Positions 1-12,206 of a stretch of 64,000 nucleotides of DNA are shown here, in pieces (within the stretch, counting starts at the first letter, position 1; each line of letters starts with the position of its first letter). The notes below the pieces were generated by a model that was not told the DNA's origin, made no database searches, and saw only the letters and a program-made list of their open reading frames with translations. The position numbers and the translations under genes were made by a program. The stretch lies in assembly GCA_965112155.1 (NCBI GenBank), contig OZ218099.1; one strand, given 5' to 3'. Source of the stretch: Podarcis liolepis (lineage: Eukaryota).

Positions 1-54
1 TACATTTTACTTTGACTAGTCCTTTCAGTGTTTTATTTAGGTAAACATGAAGTA

Positions 55-384
55 CAGTGGTGCCTCGCAAGACGAAAAGAATCCATTCTGTGATTCTCTT
101 CGTCTAGCGGTTTTTTCATCTTGCGAAGCAAGCCCATTGACAGATTAGCGGATTAGCGCTATTAGCGGCTTTTAGTGGCTTATCGGCTGATTGGATCAGC
201 TGATAAGCGGCTTAGCAGCTTAGAAAAAGGGGGGGAGGAAAAACCCCCACAGGAACTCGCAAGACATTGTCTTGCGAAGCAAGCCCATAGGAAATTCGTC
301 TAGCGAAGCACCTCCAAAACGGAAAACTCTTTCGTCTAGCGAGTTTTCCGTCTTGCGAGGCATTCATCTAGCGGGGCACCACTG
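55..384. mobile_element. Tc1/mariner (Tigger-like) non-autonomous MITE, copy A
   Basis: TA|CAGTGGTGCCTCGC...GCGGGGCACCACTG|TA terminal inverted repeats with TA target duplication; internal repeated TTCGTCT(A/T)GCG motifs. Confidence 0.9.
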
Positions 385-889
385 TACATGTAATTGATAC
401 CTTTTAAATATAAACCCATGGTGAAATCACTATTGTCAGTCACACTTTCTGCCTGTCTGAAAGTTGCTAGAGATGCATTTAAGATGTGAGTATTGTGTAA
501 GTTAAAACTTATTCTACATATTATTCCCCTTATCCTATATACTCAAATATTGTGATAAGTACAGTGGCAAATCTACCCTCTTAATAACATATGCCACAAA
601 TGTAAATGTTTAAGATGTTTTAAACATTGCCTTGAATCCTGAGTTGATCTTCCATGCCCACTGACTTCATTTAGTCCTCACTGGGCTGCTCTGGGACAGC
701 CCACCCCATTGTAGTTTTTTGTTTGTGGAAAGATTGACTCATGCCCAATCCTAGAACGGATTTATCAATTGATGTCTACAGACAGCTCTCAAATCCATCT
801 CTTGACACTTAAGTAGTTTATTCTTGTTAAACTGGAAGTGACCTACCCAGAGAATGTGATGGTCTGTCTAACCTTTGTATACTTTAGTG

Positions 890-1129
890 CAGGGGTCAGC
901 AACCTTTTTCAGCCGTGGGCCGGTCCACTGTCCCTCAGACCACGTGGTGGGCTGGACTATATTTTGAAAAAAATATATGAACGAATTCCTATGCCCGCAG
1001 AGATCAATTTAAATAAAAGCACACATTCTACTCATGTAAAAACACGCAGATTCCTGGACCACCCACAGGCCAGACTGAGAATATGATTGGGCCGCATCCG
1101 GCCCCCGGGCCTTAGGTTGCCTACCCCTG
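890..1129. mobile_element. hAT-family non-autonomous DNA transposon
   Basis: CAGGGGTCAGCAACCT...AGGTTGCCTACCCCTG termini; perfect 8-bp target duplication CTTTAGTG at 882-889 and 1130-1137. Confidence 0.92.
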
Positions 1130-1335
1130 CTTTAGTGTCTCTACCTCTCACCTTTCTTTTCAGTCACTCCATTTCCCCCTCCCACCCAGTTGTCTGTTCT
1201 CCCCTTCCCCAATTCTGTCTCAACATATTGTGCCATAGTGGTCTTATGCAGTTGTGGGAGGAGGAGTTCCCCCTCTTAAGGTTTTTTCCTGAAGAGTTTC
1301 TGAGCATCTGTAAATTTTAGATCAATATCTATCTG

Positions 1336-1407
1336 TAGCATCTGAAGAAGTGTGCATGCACACGAAAGCTCATACCAAGAACAAATTTGGTCTCTAAGGT
1401 GCTACTG

Positions 1408-1410
<3 letters not shown>
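1336..1410 (+). mobile_element. Short terminal fragment of a Penelope-like retroelement
   Basis: GCATCTGAAGAAGTG...CACGAAAGCTCATACC...GGTCTCTAAGGTGCTACTGG, a motif I recognise from reptile Penelope-like element ends; abuts a (TA)n tract. Confidence 0.6.

Positions 1411-1447
<37 letters not shown>
1411..1447. repeat. (TA)n microsatellite
   Basis: direct reading. Confidence 0.95.
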
Positions 1448-1449
<2 letters not shown>

Positions 1450-2549
1450 CTGTAGTATACATAATATGTTAATACCTGATGCAATTTTGCATGATACTGA
1501 GTACGTACAGGAAGTTTTGAATCATTGCTAGAAGGAATTATAAGTAATACCTGTATGAATCCCAAAGGTAGTTTCCCCCTCTGCTTCTCTACATACATGA
1601 GCATCTAAGGAGCATCTAGGGTTGAGTGTCTGCATTCCCACAAGACAAAGAGCCTCTTGGTTCCTCAAGTGCCAGCTGCTTGTGAAGGCTAACTTAAAAG
1701 TCAGTTGACTGGCTGTATCTTGCCAGTTTTAAAACATACAGCCTTCACTTACGTATTTTACTTCAACTGACCTTAGTATATGTTGTCTTCTGCTGGTGCC
1801 AATAATTTTATTATGCCCATCTTGATTTGTTGCTCTTTCTGTCTGTAGAGAGCAAGTTGAGATAGTGATTTCAGAAATGTTGACCTTGTTTTTATTTTTT
1901 ACCCATTCATAAAGTCTACATTGGTGTGCCTCCTTGGGTTCAGAGACTATTTTACTCTTTCATAGAATTCAGCATTGCATTTCAGATTGGTATTGTACTG
2001 TGGTCTTTGCTATGGTGTGTTCCCAGCTGTGTGCAATTTACGCTCTCCAAGTAGTTAGACTCCTCAGTTTTAAAAAAGAAATGATTGAAACTATTTTGTA
2101 CACAGATTTTTAGACTATCAATTGTCTGTTCCCATTTCTAAGTGACTCTACAGTGTGACCTTTCTGCGTATACCAAATGTTGCTGTCATGGTAGTTTCTG
2201 AATTCTAGAGAGTGTTGGAGAAAGATAAAATGCCTGAATATTGTTACATATGCATCTAGGGCGCTTCCTGAAAGTGATTTCACTATGCATATGTTGTTGC
2301 TTTCTGCAGCAGTTGAAAGGATCAGTGTTTTGATTTGGTTAAACTAAAACCACTAGATGCAATCTAACTACATTTCCATGATAATTCTAGATTTTAGAGG
2401 ATCCTTAAGGAGAGATGCTCGCAGTGGGTCCTCCTTACTCCTGTTGTTGATGCCCATTCACTTGCTTCTCTGGGCTTAGTCAGCACCGTTTTCCAGAGGG
2501 GTGTGTGGGAGAGGGAGGTCAAGGTGTGCAAAGCTATTGCTCCTTTTCA

Positions 2550-2925
2550 TTGTCTCATTGCTGGGTTTAACCTTTAAAATCAGTTTAGGGGTCCCTTATC
2601 TAAAGGACTGCCTTCACCTAAATAATCATTCTTGTTTAAGATCAACTGTGGAAACCTCTGTGACTGCCCAGACATTAAGATGGTAGGCACAAGGGATAAA
2701 GCCTTCTTGATTGTGGCCCTGCAGTTAGCAGAGCTGCCTATGAATCGGAAAGGGAGCTTTCAGTATAGGCATTCAAACATACCTTGAGTATTTATTTCAT
2801 CCAGTCTGGCTTTTTAACAATGTTTTTAATGCCACTTAGACCTTATATTCTTTTACATATCTTAGTTCACCTTGACTTTTTTTGCTGCCTTATGAGGTCT
2901 ATGCTCCCAAAGCCAGCATATAAAT
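2550..2925 (+). mobile_element. Degenerate L2 LINE 3' end
   Basis: LLGLTFKISLGVPYLKDCL resembles VLVLTFKALNSLGPVYLKERL of the intact L2 at 47.4 kb; followed by an AF-like GCCTTC..GTGGCCC block and an ATATAAAT tail. Confidence 0.55.
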
Positions 2926-3223
2926 CCTTATGGTCTAGCTTCTGCTGTGCTAGTGAGGAGGAACAGGGCCAGGAGGCTCCAGGGATTGGCAAATTACCCA
3001 GCAATGCTGACCCTTGACTGCATTATGTTGCATCGTATGTGCTTTGTAAACCATAACCAACTGTCAGATTTTAAAATGTTGTACGGAAAAATACATCTAC
3101 AAAAGTGGGATTCATTAAATATTAAGAAAACAATATTCAGAAAATAAGTATTTTCTGAAACAAACTATGAACATTATGTTTGGTTACATTCAATCTATCC
3201 TAACCATTTCTGCTTCTTTATAG

Positions 3224-3350
3224 GTGGTATGGTCAGGAGAAAGATTATAATGTTCTAGTCATGGATCTTCTTGGACCCAGCCTTGAGGATCTCTTCAACT
3301 TTTGTTCTCGAAGGTTCACAATGAAAACAGTACTTATGTTAGCAGACCAG
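3224..3350 (+). CDS. CSNK1A1: CK1alpha exon 3 (127 nt)
   Basis: ttctttatag|G TGG TAT GGT CAG...GCA GAC CAG|gtatgt; encodes [42 protein letters not shown]. Confidence 0.98.
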
Positions 3351-5025
3351 GTATGTAAATCTGCAAACATTACACAATGGATATTACAGTGCCTTAAAAT
3401 GCTGTTCGTTTCATTCTTTCAAGTATGTCAGACTGTATGACTTGTTATTACATGTACTCGAATGAATATAGAAACAAAAATGATAAAAAGAAAAAGGAAT
3501 AGTGATAGTAGCAGATTATTTAATGTATATAACACAATATTAGAATTCTAGAAACTGTTTAATGGAGCCATGCAAGCAACTATATTGACAGTTTTGCCTC
3601 ATATCTTTACTTGCAGTCTTCATATTAATTGCATGACTGAAGTTATGCATGCATCTTTGGCTAGGAAGATCATCCAAAATAGTTCAGTAGTTCACATTTC
3701 TCAGGCCAAGAGCCTATTGTAGCTATATTTCTCAATTAGTTCATGGTAAACAGAAGCTGAATGAAATAGGAAATAGTAAAGCCAACATTCACAGAACGCT
3801 TCAATAAGATTCATTAGAATCGACAGATCTGCAGCATGGGCCTATAATGCAGAGATTTGCAAAGGCATAGATTCTTAAATTTAGAGTAAAATGGCTATTG
3901 GATAGCAATTTGTTTCTAGAATAGCTTGAACTGAGTCATCTGGAGGGCCAGTGAGCACTAGCCATTTAATATCAGAACTAACACAAGAAACACTCAAATA
4001 CTCCAGAGTTGACATTTTAACAGTGCCATTTGTTCAATAACTGCTTGGAACAAGTAGTTTGCAACATACAGTGGGAGAAGTAGTTTGGATCCATAGTAGC
4101 TTCATCCCTGTTGAACAGAGCAAGTGAAGTATTCCACTGCTAAAGTTTAGTGTTCTTATGGATTACTCCTATTCAGGAAATATGGACATACTGGGTTTAG
4201 TAGACAGGTGCTCATTTGTATGGAGACATGCTTTACAAGTATTACTGTGATTCTGAATCTCTTATTTTAGTATACATTTAAATTGCATGATTAAATAAAA
4301 TGTCTATTGTTTTTCTTCTAAGTCATCAGCATGAATGCCATCCATACATGACAAAGCCTTTTAAACCCTTTTAGACTGTTAGGAAGAAACTCAGTATCCA
4401 ATCTCTGTAGAGCGGATGAGTCAGCAGGGGTTTTTGTTTGTTTGTTTGTTTGTTGTTTTACACTAACTAACATTCAAAAGCATTACTAAACTAGTAGTCT
4501 TACTGTCTGGTTTGATTTGTATGTTGTAGGTCAGGATAACTAACCATGCCTCTCGAAGCCCATAGGCCTGCTCTTGTTACCCAAGCAGTTTTTTTCTGGA
4601 CCCTCCAACAATTATGGCAGCAGAAAAAGAAAAAGAAAACAAAGTGCTGGGATAGTTGGAAAAGTTTCAACCCCTCTGCACACCCCAGTACCTTGATGGC
4701 AGTGCATTTTACGCTTCCCAGTCATTTGATGAACAGGAAGAGGCAATAACACCCTCCCCCCCAACCCCCCCCCCACAAATTCATCTGATTTGCATGGATT
4801 AGCTGAGGACAAACCATGTGTGGTGTGTGTTTGTGTACACAAGAGGGTGAGAGTGGGTGTGGTGTGTGGTGTGGTCGCACCAACTCTTGGCCACCAACAT
4901 GCAGCCTTTGGGTTCATAAAGATTAGCAACAATGCAGGTAATTGCCAAAACATGCTTAGATTCATGCCTAAGATATTGTTGCTTGAAAAGCTTTGTAATC
5001 TTGGTCATTTTTCTTTTGTTCACAG

Positions 5026-5124
5026 ATGATCAGTAGAATTGAATATGTGCATACAAAGAATTTTATACACAGAGACATTAAACCAGATAACTTCCTAATG
5101 GGTATCGGGCGTCACTGTAATAAG
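5026..5124 (+). CDS. CSNK1A1: CK1alpha exon 4 (99 nt), catalytic loop
   Basis: ttgttcacag|ATG ATC AGT...AAT AAG|gttagt; [33 protein letters not shown] with the HRDIKPDN motif. Confidence 0.98.
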
Positions 5125-7263
5125 GTTAGTCTAATACTTTTTTGCATGAAAGAATGGAGGATGCTGAAATGGCAGTTCATGGAAATGCTGTGCAGCTTGA
5201 ATAAATTGCTTGTCCTTGCTAAACATGTCATTATTTGCTGACATCTGTCAATTATTTGGCAACAGATAGGAATTTCAATCATAGTGCTAAATGCAGAAGT
5301 GAGCTATGGCCCCAACCTTTGGCCATATTTTAATTATGGAATTTAAGGATATAAATCAATATGTTGTCTAATGGACTCATTGTATGCAAGTTCACTCTGT
5401 TCAGTGATACTGTTGATTATTCAGAACCCATGAGTTGCAATAGCACCGCTTACCATAAACTGCAATTTCTTTTTCTCAACTGCATTTAGGCCAGCATGGT
5501 GAAGCCTTTACTACCAGCTACCTAGATATTAAAATTGGCTGTAACCAATCTATAGAGAAACCATTGACTTCTAATAGTAACACAAGCCTGTTGACTTAAC
5601 TGCTTCCTTTGCTTTCACAAGCCTGTGAAAGTTCAAAGTGCAGTTAGTGTAGATATAGAATAACAGTCACAGACATAAAGTACTGTAACTTTTTTTTTTA
5701 CTAGAAGGGGATGATTTATTAATTTAGCTGGAGATGCATGTCTTTGTTGGATTTTTTTCTTGTCTAGACTGTGGGATTAAAATTCATTAAACTACATTGA
5801 GCTTGGACAGACAGGCAGCATTGGCAGTGCATTAAGCATGCTGTTGGATAGAAATTCTTAAGTGCAGGACAAATGTATGTGATTGATTATTTTATTGGGA
5901 GCAAGATACCCACCTGGTTCTTCATAGGCCTTCAGTGTTGACTCTTCAGATACGACTAGCTATAAAATGTTACCTTTGTTTGCCTGTATGGATGCCAACT
6001 TGGGACCATTACTTTAGAACCAAAAAACAAAACAACCACCATCACTGTTGAATTCTGTTTTAAAGGAGTTACAGTACACCAGTTAGGAACTTTGGGGAGG
6101 AGGGGTGAGAAAAAACAGCAGCACTCAAAAAAATTTAAGGTAAAATGCCTTCCTGTAATCCTATTTCTGTTAAATATCTCTAAATTTCACACTCTTAACA
6201 TTCTGTTTCCCTAATGCAATCCAATTCTTTAACTTTCTGGCAAGAACTGGAAATATAGCAAGAACAATTAAACCAGTTAATGCAATTTTTCTGCTTTTGA
6301 GTCCCTTTCTCCACACTCTTGACAGTTGTAGTGGGCTGGCATTGTAGCTCCTTGTTTTTCTTTGAAGTGAAAGAATAGCCTGGGAAATGCTGTTGTGCTT
6401 TTATTAGGTGAGTTTGTTAGGATCGAAAGATGTAAACCGCATCCCGTTTCTCATTCCCAGGGAGGCACTTGGAGTCTGTACCAAATACTTAAATGGAAAG
6501 CAGATGCCCACTATTTAACATTTCAAATAATGCTGGACATAGGAGTCTAAATCCCTTGGTTTAATCTAAGCAGAATTTAACTAAAATTTTGCTTTAGGTC
6601 TGTGTAAATAGCAGCGATCTCTCTCTCTCTTTCTGTCTTTTGAAATTTGGTTTTAGATATAGTATGCAGTTTTCTTCTTGTAGCAAAAATGGAGGTAAAC
6701 ACTTTGTGTCTTTCATGAATTCTTTCAAAACACACCAGTTGCAGTAGGATAGCTTGTTATGGTAATCTTGTTCCAGTGGATTTTTTTCATTATAAATGAA
6801 TTTAAAATGTAGTGATTAAAATTGGAATGCTGCATTTCTCAAATTTGTTCTTAATTACATATTTAGGCGTGATTTCACTTCTAGCATAAGATCATCTCTG
6901 AGCTGTGCTAGAATAAGCCCTGCATGCTTATGATAGTGAACTTAAGGTGACTAAATGCCTTCTACCTCTTCCTTACTGAAGATTTACTTCCTTACATGTC
7001 ATTTGGGGGAAGGGCAGTTTGTGGAGTCAAAGGATACTTTTGTACATGATATCCAAATTTCCTTCTTATAAAAGCCAAATGTTGCCATTGCTATCCCTTA
7101 TTCAAGGCAGTGTCATTTTGAAGTGGCTCATGCTCAAAATTTAACTTGCCACATCTTCTAAATTTTTCCTGATAACATTATCTCTTCTGGAAAACTATAG
7201 TGCTTGGTGGAAGAAGGATGGCATTTGGCTACCCTATTCTTTCTCTAACGCCTCGGTGTTGCC

Positions 7264-7467
7264 NNNNNNNNNNNNNNNNNNNNNNNNNNNNNNNNNNNNN
7301 NNNNNNNNNNNNNNNNNNNNNNNNNNNNNNNNNNNNNNNNNNNNNNNNNNNNNNNNNNNNNNNNNNNNNNNNNNNNNNNNNNNNNNNNNNNNNNNNNNNN
7401 NNNNNNNNNNNNNNNNNNNNNNNNNNNNNNNNNNNNNNNNNNNNNNNNNNNNNNNNNNNNNNNNNNN
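7264..7467. other. 204-nt N-run; probably hides the 84-nt alternatively spliced L-insert exon
   Basis: The Ns are seen directly. A branch-point-like TCTAAC in a pyrimidine-rich context lies about 15-20 nt upstream. I found no CLESPVGKRKR-like exon elsewhere in intron 4. The exon content is inferred, not seen. Confidence 0.55.
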
Positions 7468-9193
7468 TTTTGTTTTGTTTCGGAAAACATGTAGACTTGC
7501 AAAAAGCACCTTTTGTTGGCATATTATTCAGACATACTTGGCAAACATGTAACATTACTAAGACGTTTTCCTTGTGGCGCCTGTTTAAACTATAAGGTTC
7601 TTATGCTGTCTGTTAAAATGTGAACAAAGTTAAGTATCACTTAACTACTCTAATGTTCTTGTTCTTGAGAAATAGCCCTGTGTTCAAAAATGCAGCAGCA
7701 AGGAGGATGTGCTGTGAGGGAATCGCATATGCCCGCTTAAATGTACATGGTCTGTATCTGGATGTAGGAGGCCTCTTATCCCGTTCATTGACAGCATGAT
7801 GTTTGTTTGAAAAAAATGAATTTTGGGTCTGGAAACATTCAAGACAAACTACTTCTTCCTTGTGTATTAGTAGCTCTGATGGTTTATTCAAATGTAGAAT
7901 AAGTAACAAGGGTCATCTTGTTGCCAGTGGTACATTTAAACAGAATTATTTGATCATAGATCACTGGTAGTTTTGTATTTTTTAAAGCTTTGCTATATCC
8001 CAGAAAATGGGCACAAGGTGTCTTAAGCAGCTTTTTCATTTGCTTTTTAAGGCTGAACCTTATTCCACTTCTTTAGAGACCTAAGTTTTGGAAATGCAGT
8101 AAGTAAAATGGATTATCTTTTGATGATGCCTCTTCTTGGGCTAGCATTAACATCTACTTCAAATGGATGTTATTTAGTTTCTAAAGCTACACTGTAAGCC
8201 CTGGGTGTTGTGCAATTTAAGAGTTTTAACTTCTTAGCTTGCTCTAAAATTACTTTAGTTGTTGAAAAGTGAAGGAGGAGTTGGGCCTTAAGTATGGTGC
8301 TACTCATGAATATTACTACTTATGACTAGTGATGCTTTTACGTCAGGATGCTGGTGCTGGACAGGAAAATTTAGCTCTGGTGGGAACTTTTATTCCAGTT
8401 CAGATAGGTGATGTCGGTCCCTGGTCTGGACTGGGACCAGAGAAGTAGACAAAGTTGATTCTAATTAGGAGCTCCCGACCTGCTACTTCCTCTACAAAAT
8501 ATAAAACAATAAAAACCTACACTATTCATTCAATTACTAATTGCCATGTCTAATTTGGCCCATAGTACTCCACTTGCAACTGAAGCAGCTTGGCTTCCAC
8601 AGCCTTATTCCTTGCCTGGTAACGTCCCTTTTAGACACCCTCCTCAGCAGAGAGGCAAACTTTGCAAACGAGCTTCAGAAGGTTTATTGCCATGGAAGAG
8701 GGTGTGTGGAAAACAAGTCCCATGTTTTTTCATTCACCTGCCTTTTGCCACTGGGTCATACTCTTTCAGAAATGGTTGGGAGCGGGTGTTTTCATCTCCA
8801 GAATTGGGCGCCTCACATTATCCAAAATTGCTAATGCATATTGCTTCAAAACACTCTGTTAGTGAAAATTATCAGAAATGAAGGAATGTATTGCAGATGA
8901 TAAATATGCAGGGTCTCGTATTCCAGTCTGCCATATATTAGTGCACTAGCCTCACTAAAGATTGAGGTTCCTATGAGAGTAATTTTAAGTGAGTTCTCCC
9001 CTAAAAACTCACATGGAAATGAAGACCACCTGTTTTGTGCTAGTATGGAAAGAGGAATTTTGGAAAAGCCCCAAACTGCTGGTCTGAAATAGCATCTTCA
9101 TTTAGATCAAGAACATTTTTTCCCCATTGCATTTATCAGTAAAACTGTTGTCCAGAAAAGAAGTTTTAATAATAAGATTTTGATCATTTACAT

Positions 9194-9327
9194 CAGGCAC
9201 CCCCCAAACTCGGCCCTCCAGCTGTTTTTGGACCACAATTCCCATCATCCCTGACCTGTCCTGTTAGCTAGGGATGGTGGGAGTTGTAGTCCCAAAACAG
9301 CTGGAGGGCTGAGTTTGGGGATGCCTG
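9194..9327. mobile_element. Palindromic hAT MITE
   Basis: CAGGCACCCCCCAAACTC...GAGTTTGGGGATGCCTG; 8-bp target duplication ATTTACAT at 9186-9193 and 9328-9335; nearly the whole element is an inverted repeat. Confidence 0.9.
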
Positions 9328-10034
9328 ATTTACATCATAGATGCGTCTCTGAAGACCCTATCTTGGTACCTGTATATCACAACATTTGAACAAGTTTTAG
9401 TGAAGCAGTCTTGTCATTTATGCTAGTAGAGAGGAGGACATTCAGAGTAGTATTTGATAACTCTGGAAATTGCAAGTTGTGACAGTTACTCATTTGGGTC
9501 AGTAGTTCATTCTATATGTAGTTGCTTCCAGTTATTCATTTGTGATAGATGATTAGAGTACTTTTGTCTGCATCCGCTCATAGCTTGAAACAATTCTTAA
9601 TTCTTTTTAAATGCTGCTTTCCTTATTCTTGGTTCTGTATGCGTCAATTGAACTGTGATAAGTGTAGAAACCAAGGAAAATAAATTACAAAGTATATCCA
9701 TAAAGGCATTGGCAACCTGAAAAAGACAACTGCTTTGAAGTAGTTTTGGGGGTTGTTGTTTTTTAAGTTAAAAACTTGCATATTAGAACTTAGTTTTCTA
9801 TCAGGTACTTAGCATATTAGAACTTAGTTTTCTGAAGAGTTTTTAGAATTATTTCTCCCCTTTAAACTGCTGCTTACTTGGTATAGAAGTCTGACTTAAA
9901 AACTTAGTATAATTTAAATAATTTGCACACTTTAAAAGTTAAGTATGGTTAAACATATATTGATGCAGCCCTATAGGTCTATAGGTCTTTTCTAACTTGT
10001 TCTCCATAGAGCCGAAGCGGATAAATTATTGTTA

Positions 10035-10705
10035 TTTTATTTCTATTTTATTTTTATTTATTAAGTTTCTCTACCTCCCTTCACCTGAAGATCGCAGGGT
10101 GGTTTACAATATAAAAATACAATATTTTTTTGCCATAGTAAAAAACAAAAACAGAATCCCCCCCCACCCCATTTAAAAGGCTATAGATTGTTTAAAAAAG
10201 GGAGCGGGTGGTGCTGTGATCAAAACCACTGAGCCTGTTGGTCTTCCTGATAGGAAGGTTAGTGGTTCAAATCCTTGCAATGGGGTGAGCTCCCATTGCT
10301 CTGTCCCAGCTTCTGCCAACCTAGCAGTTCGAAAGCACACCAAAATAGATAAATAGGTACCACTGCGATGGGAAGTTAAACAGCATTTCCGTGCGCTCTG
10401 GCTTTTGTCACGGTGTTCCATTGCGCCAGAAGTGGTTTAGTCATGCTGCCCACATCACCCGGAAAGCTGTTTGTGGACAAACTCCCTCAGCCTTAAGCAA
10501 GATGAGCGCTGCACCCATAGTCACCTTTGGCTGGACTTAACCGTCCATGGGTCTTATACCTTTACTTCTACCTTTTAGATTGTTTAATTGGCTGAAGGCC
10601 CAGGAGAGCAGGAATGTTTTTGCCTGGTGCCTAAATATTGAGCCTCTCTGAGGAAATCATTCTACAAGTGAGGATACACCCCAGAAAAGCCAGAAAAGAC
10701 CTGTA
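10035..10705 (-). mobile_element. Old L2-like 3' fragment interrupted by a Sauria SINE
   Basis: (TTTTA)n tail followed by ...CTTCACCTGAAGATCGCAGGGTGGTTTACAA and, past the SINE, ...AGGCCCAGGAGAGCAGGAATGTTTTTGCCTGGTGCCTAAA; typical reverse-strand squamate L2 end. Confidence 0.5.
10196..10575 (+). mobile_element. Sauria SINE, full length
   Basis: tRNA-derived head (GGGTGGTGCTGTG; B-box GGTTCAAATCC 10264-10274), core GCCAACCTAGCAGTTCGAAAGCA...AGATAAATAGGTACC, ACCTTT-type tail, 12-bp target duplication TAGATTGTTTAA at 10184-10195 and 10576-10587. Confidence 0.92.
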
Positions 10706-12206
10706 GATAAAGGGCCTTTCCTACATACTAGTCGAGATATCTGTGATGCGATGAATCGAAGTTCAGGAATTGTATCTTGCTTTGGTATAGAAAAGTTGGT
10801 AGGAGGTTTATCCTGTGGCAGTCAAATGTTGAATTCTACCATGGATGTATTTAACTACTGTATTTCACCACATAATGGCCACATTTTTATGCCGATTTTT
10901 CTTTTAAAAAGGAAGGGTGCAACTATTACACTGTGGCAACTTTTACGCAGTGAAATAATGGTAAGAAGCAACAACATGCTATTGACTCCGGTTTCTTTAA
11001 GAGGGCAATGGTACAATACAAAGCAAACGGCACAGACATTGTCCTTTCCATTCGAAATCTTGCCTTCTCCGTGTGCGAAGTTCTGTCAAAAGAAGAGGCG
11101 GCTTCAGTTGTCAATTAAAGTTATTTCTTCCTGGGTTTCTCATTCCCTTTCAATGCTATTTGCTCGTGCAGAGGTGGAGGAAGGAATCACGGATGGGTGG
11201 TGGAGGAGGTTGCTCGTCCGCTGCTTCCTCTTCTTGGCTAGGGTGGCCCCGGGGCGCAAGCTCAGGTTGGTGGCAGTTAACAGCAGCCTGGGCCTGGCTT
11301 TGCCTGGCCTCCTCCAGCTGGCAACCCAACGAGGGCCCGGACTCCCACCCTCACCCCCTCAGGAGCCTGCTGTGCCACCCCTTGGCTCGCATCAGAGTTA
11401 TACCCTGCTGCTATTATGCCATGAATACTTTTGGAACAAATTTTAAGGTATCCAAAAGGGTGGTGCAACTGTTATGCAGTGGTGACCATTACGCGGTGAA
11501 ATATGGTAGTGGTTTAAAAAAAATTAATCCCGCTCTTCAGCAAAAAAGGTACCCAGAGCAGCTTATAAATGACTTTAAAAAGAACTTAATCTCTGCCTTC
11601 AAGCTTATAGCCTAAAAAGACAAAACAAAAGGAAAGAGTGGAAAAACAAACAAACTTAGGTTCAAGTTGTAAGCTATAATTTTTAGTGACTGATTGGGAA
11701 AATAATAACAAAAACATCAGGGAAGCGAATTGAAAAATTTGAGTAGATTAGCTGTGAGCTAATAAGTAAGTGGCAGAAAAGCAAATTTATTTGAGAAACT
11801 AAAGCCAGAACACAATTGAATAAAATTGTGACTCTCTTTTTCCTAGTGCATAATTTTTTTTACCTAATACCTAGGTTTGAGACCAATGACTCAATCATAT
11901 ATTGGTCTACTCAGAAGTAAGCATTCAGTTCAATGGGGCTTGCTGCTAGGTAAAATACATGTAGAATCTGCCACCTAATTCTCACTCTGTATAGTATGAA
12001 GTTTTTCATTAGCCGATTTAGGAATATGAGTGTTCTTTGTTTGGATTAGTTATGATTCATACGACAGTGCTCCTCTTAGGCTTAATTATAGCTAAACTTG
12101 ATTTTGTTAGATCCAGCGTTTCTAACAAATGCATTTTAAAGGCATGGGTGTAGTTTCCAAGCACTGGCTGGAATCCATTAAATCCATTTCATTATTTTTT
12201 TTAAAG

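Noticed and set aside
55-384. Repeated TTCGTCT(A/T)GCG units as a CRISPR-like array
   Set aside because: Eukaryotic intron; the units are internal repeats of a TA-flanked MITE with irregular spacing.
5125-5241. In-frame read-through of exon 4 into the intron (and upstream extension of exon 5, 12129-12206)
   Set aside because: Homology to CK1alpha stops exactly at canonical splice sites.
7200-7595. ORFs spanning the N-runs (also 15084-15521)
   Set aside because: Artefacts of translating Ns as X.
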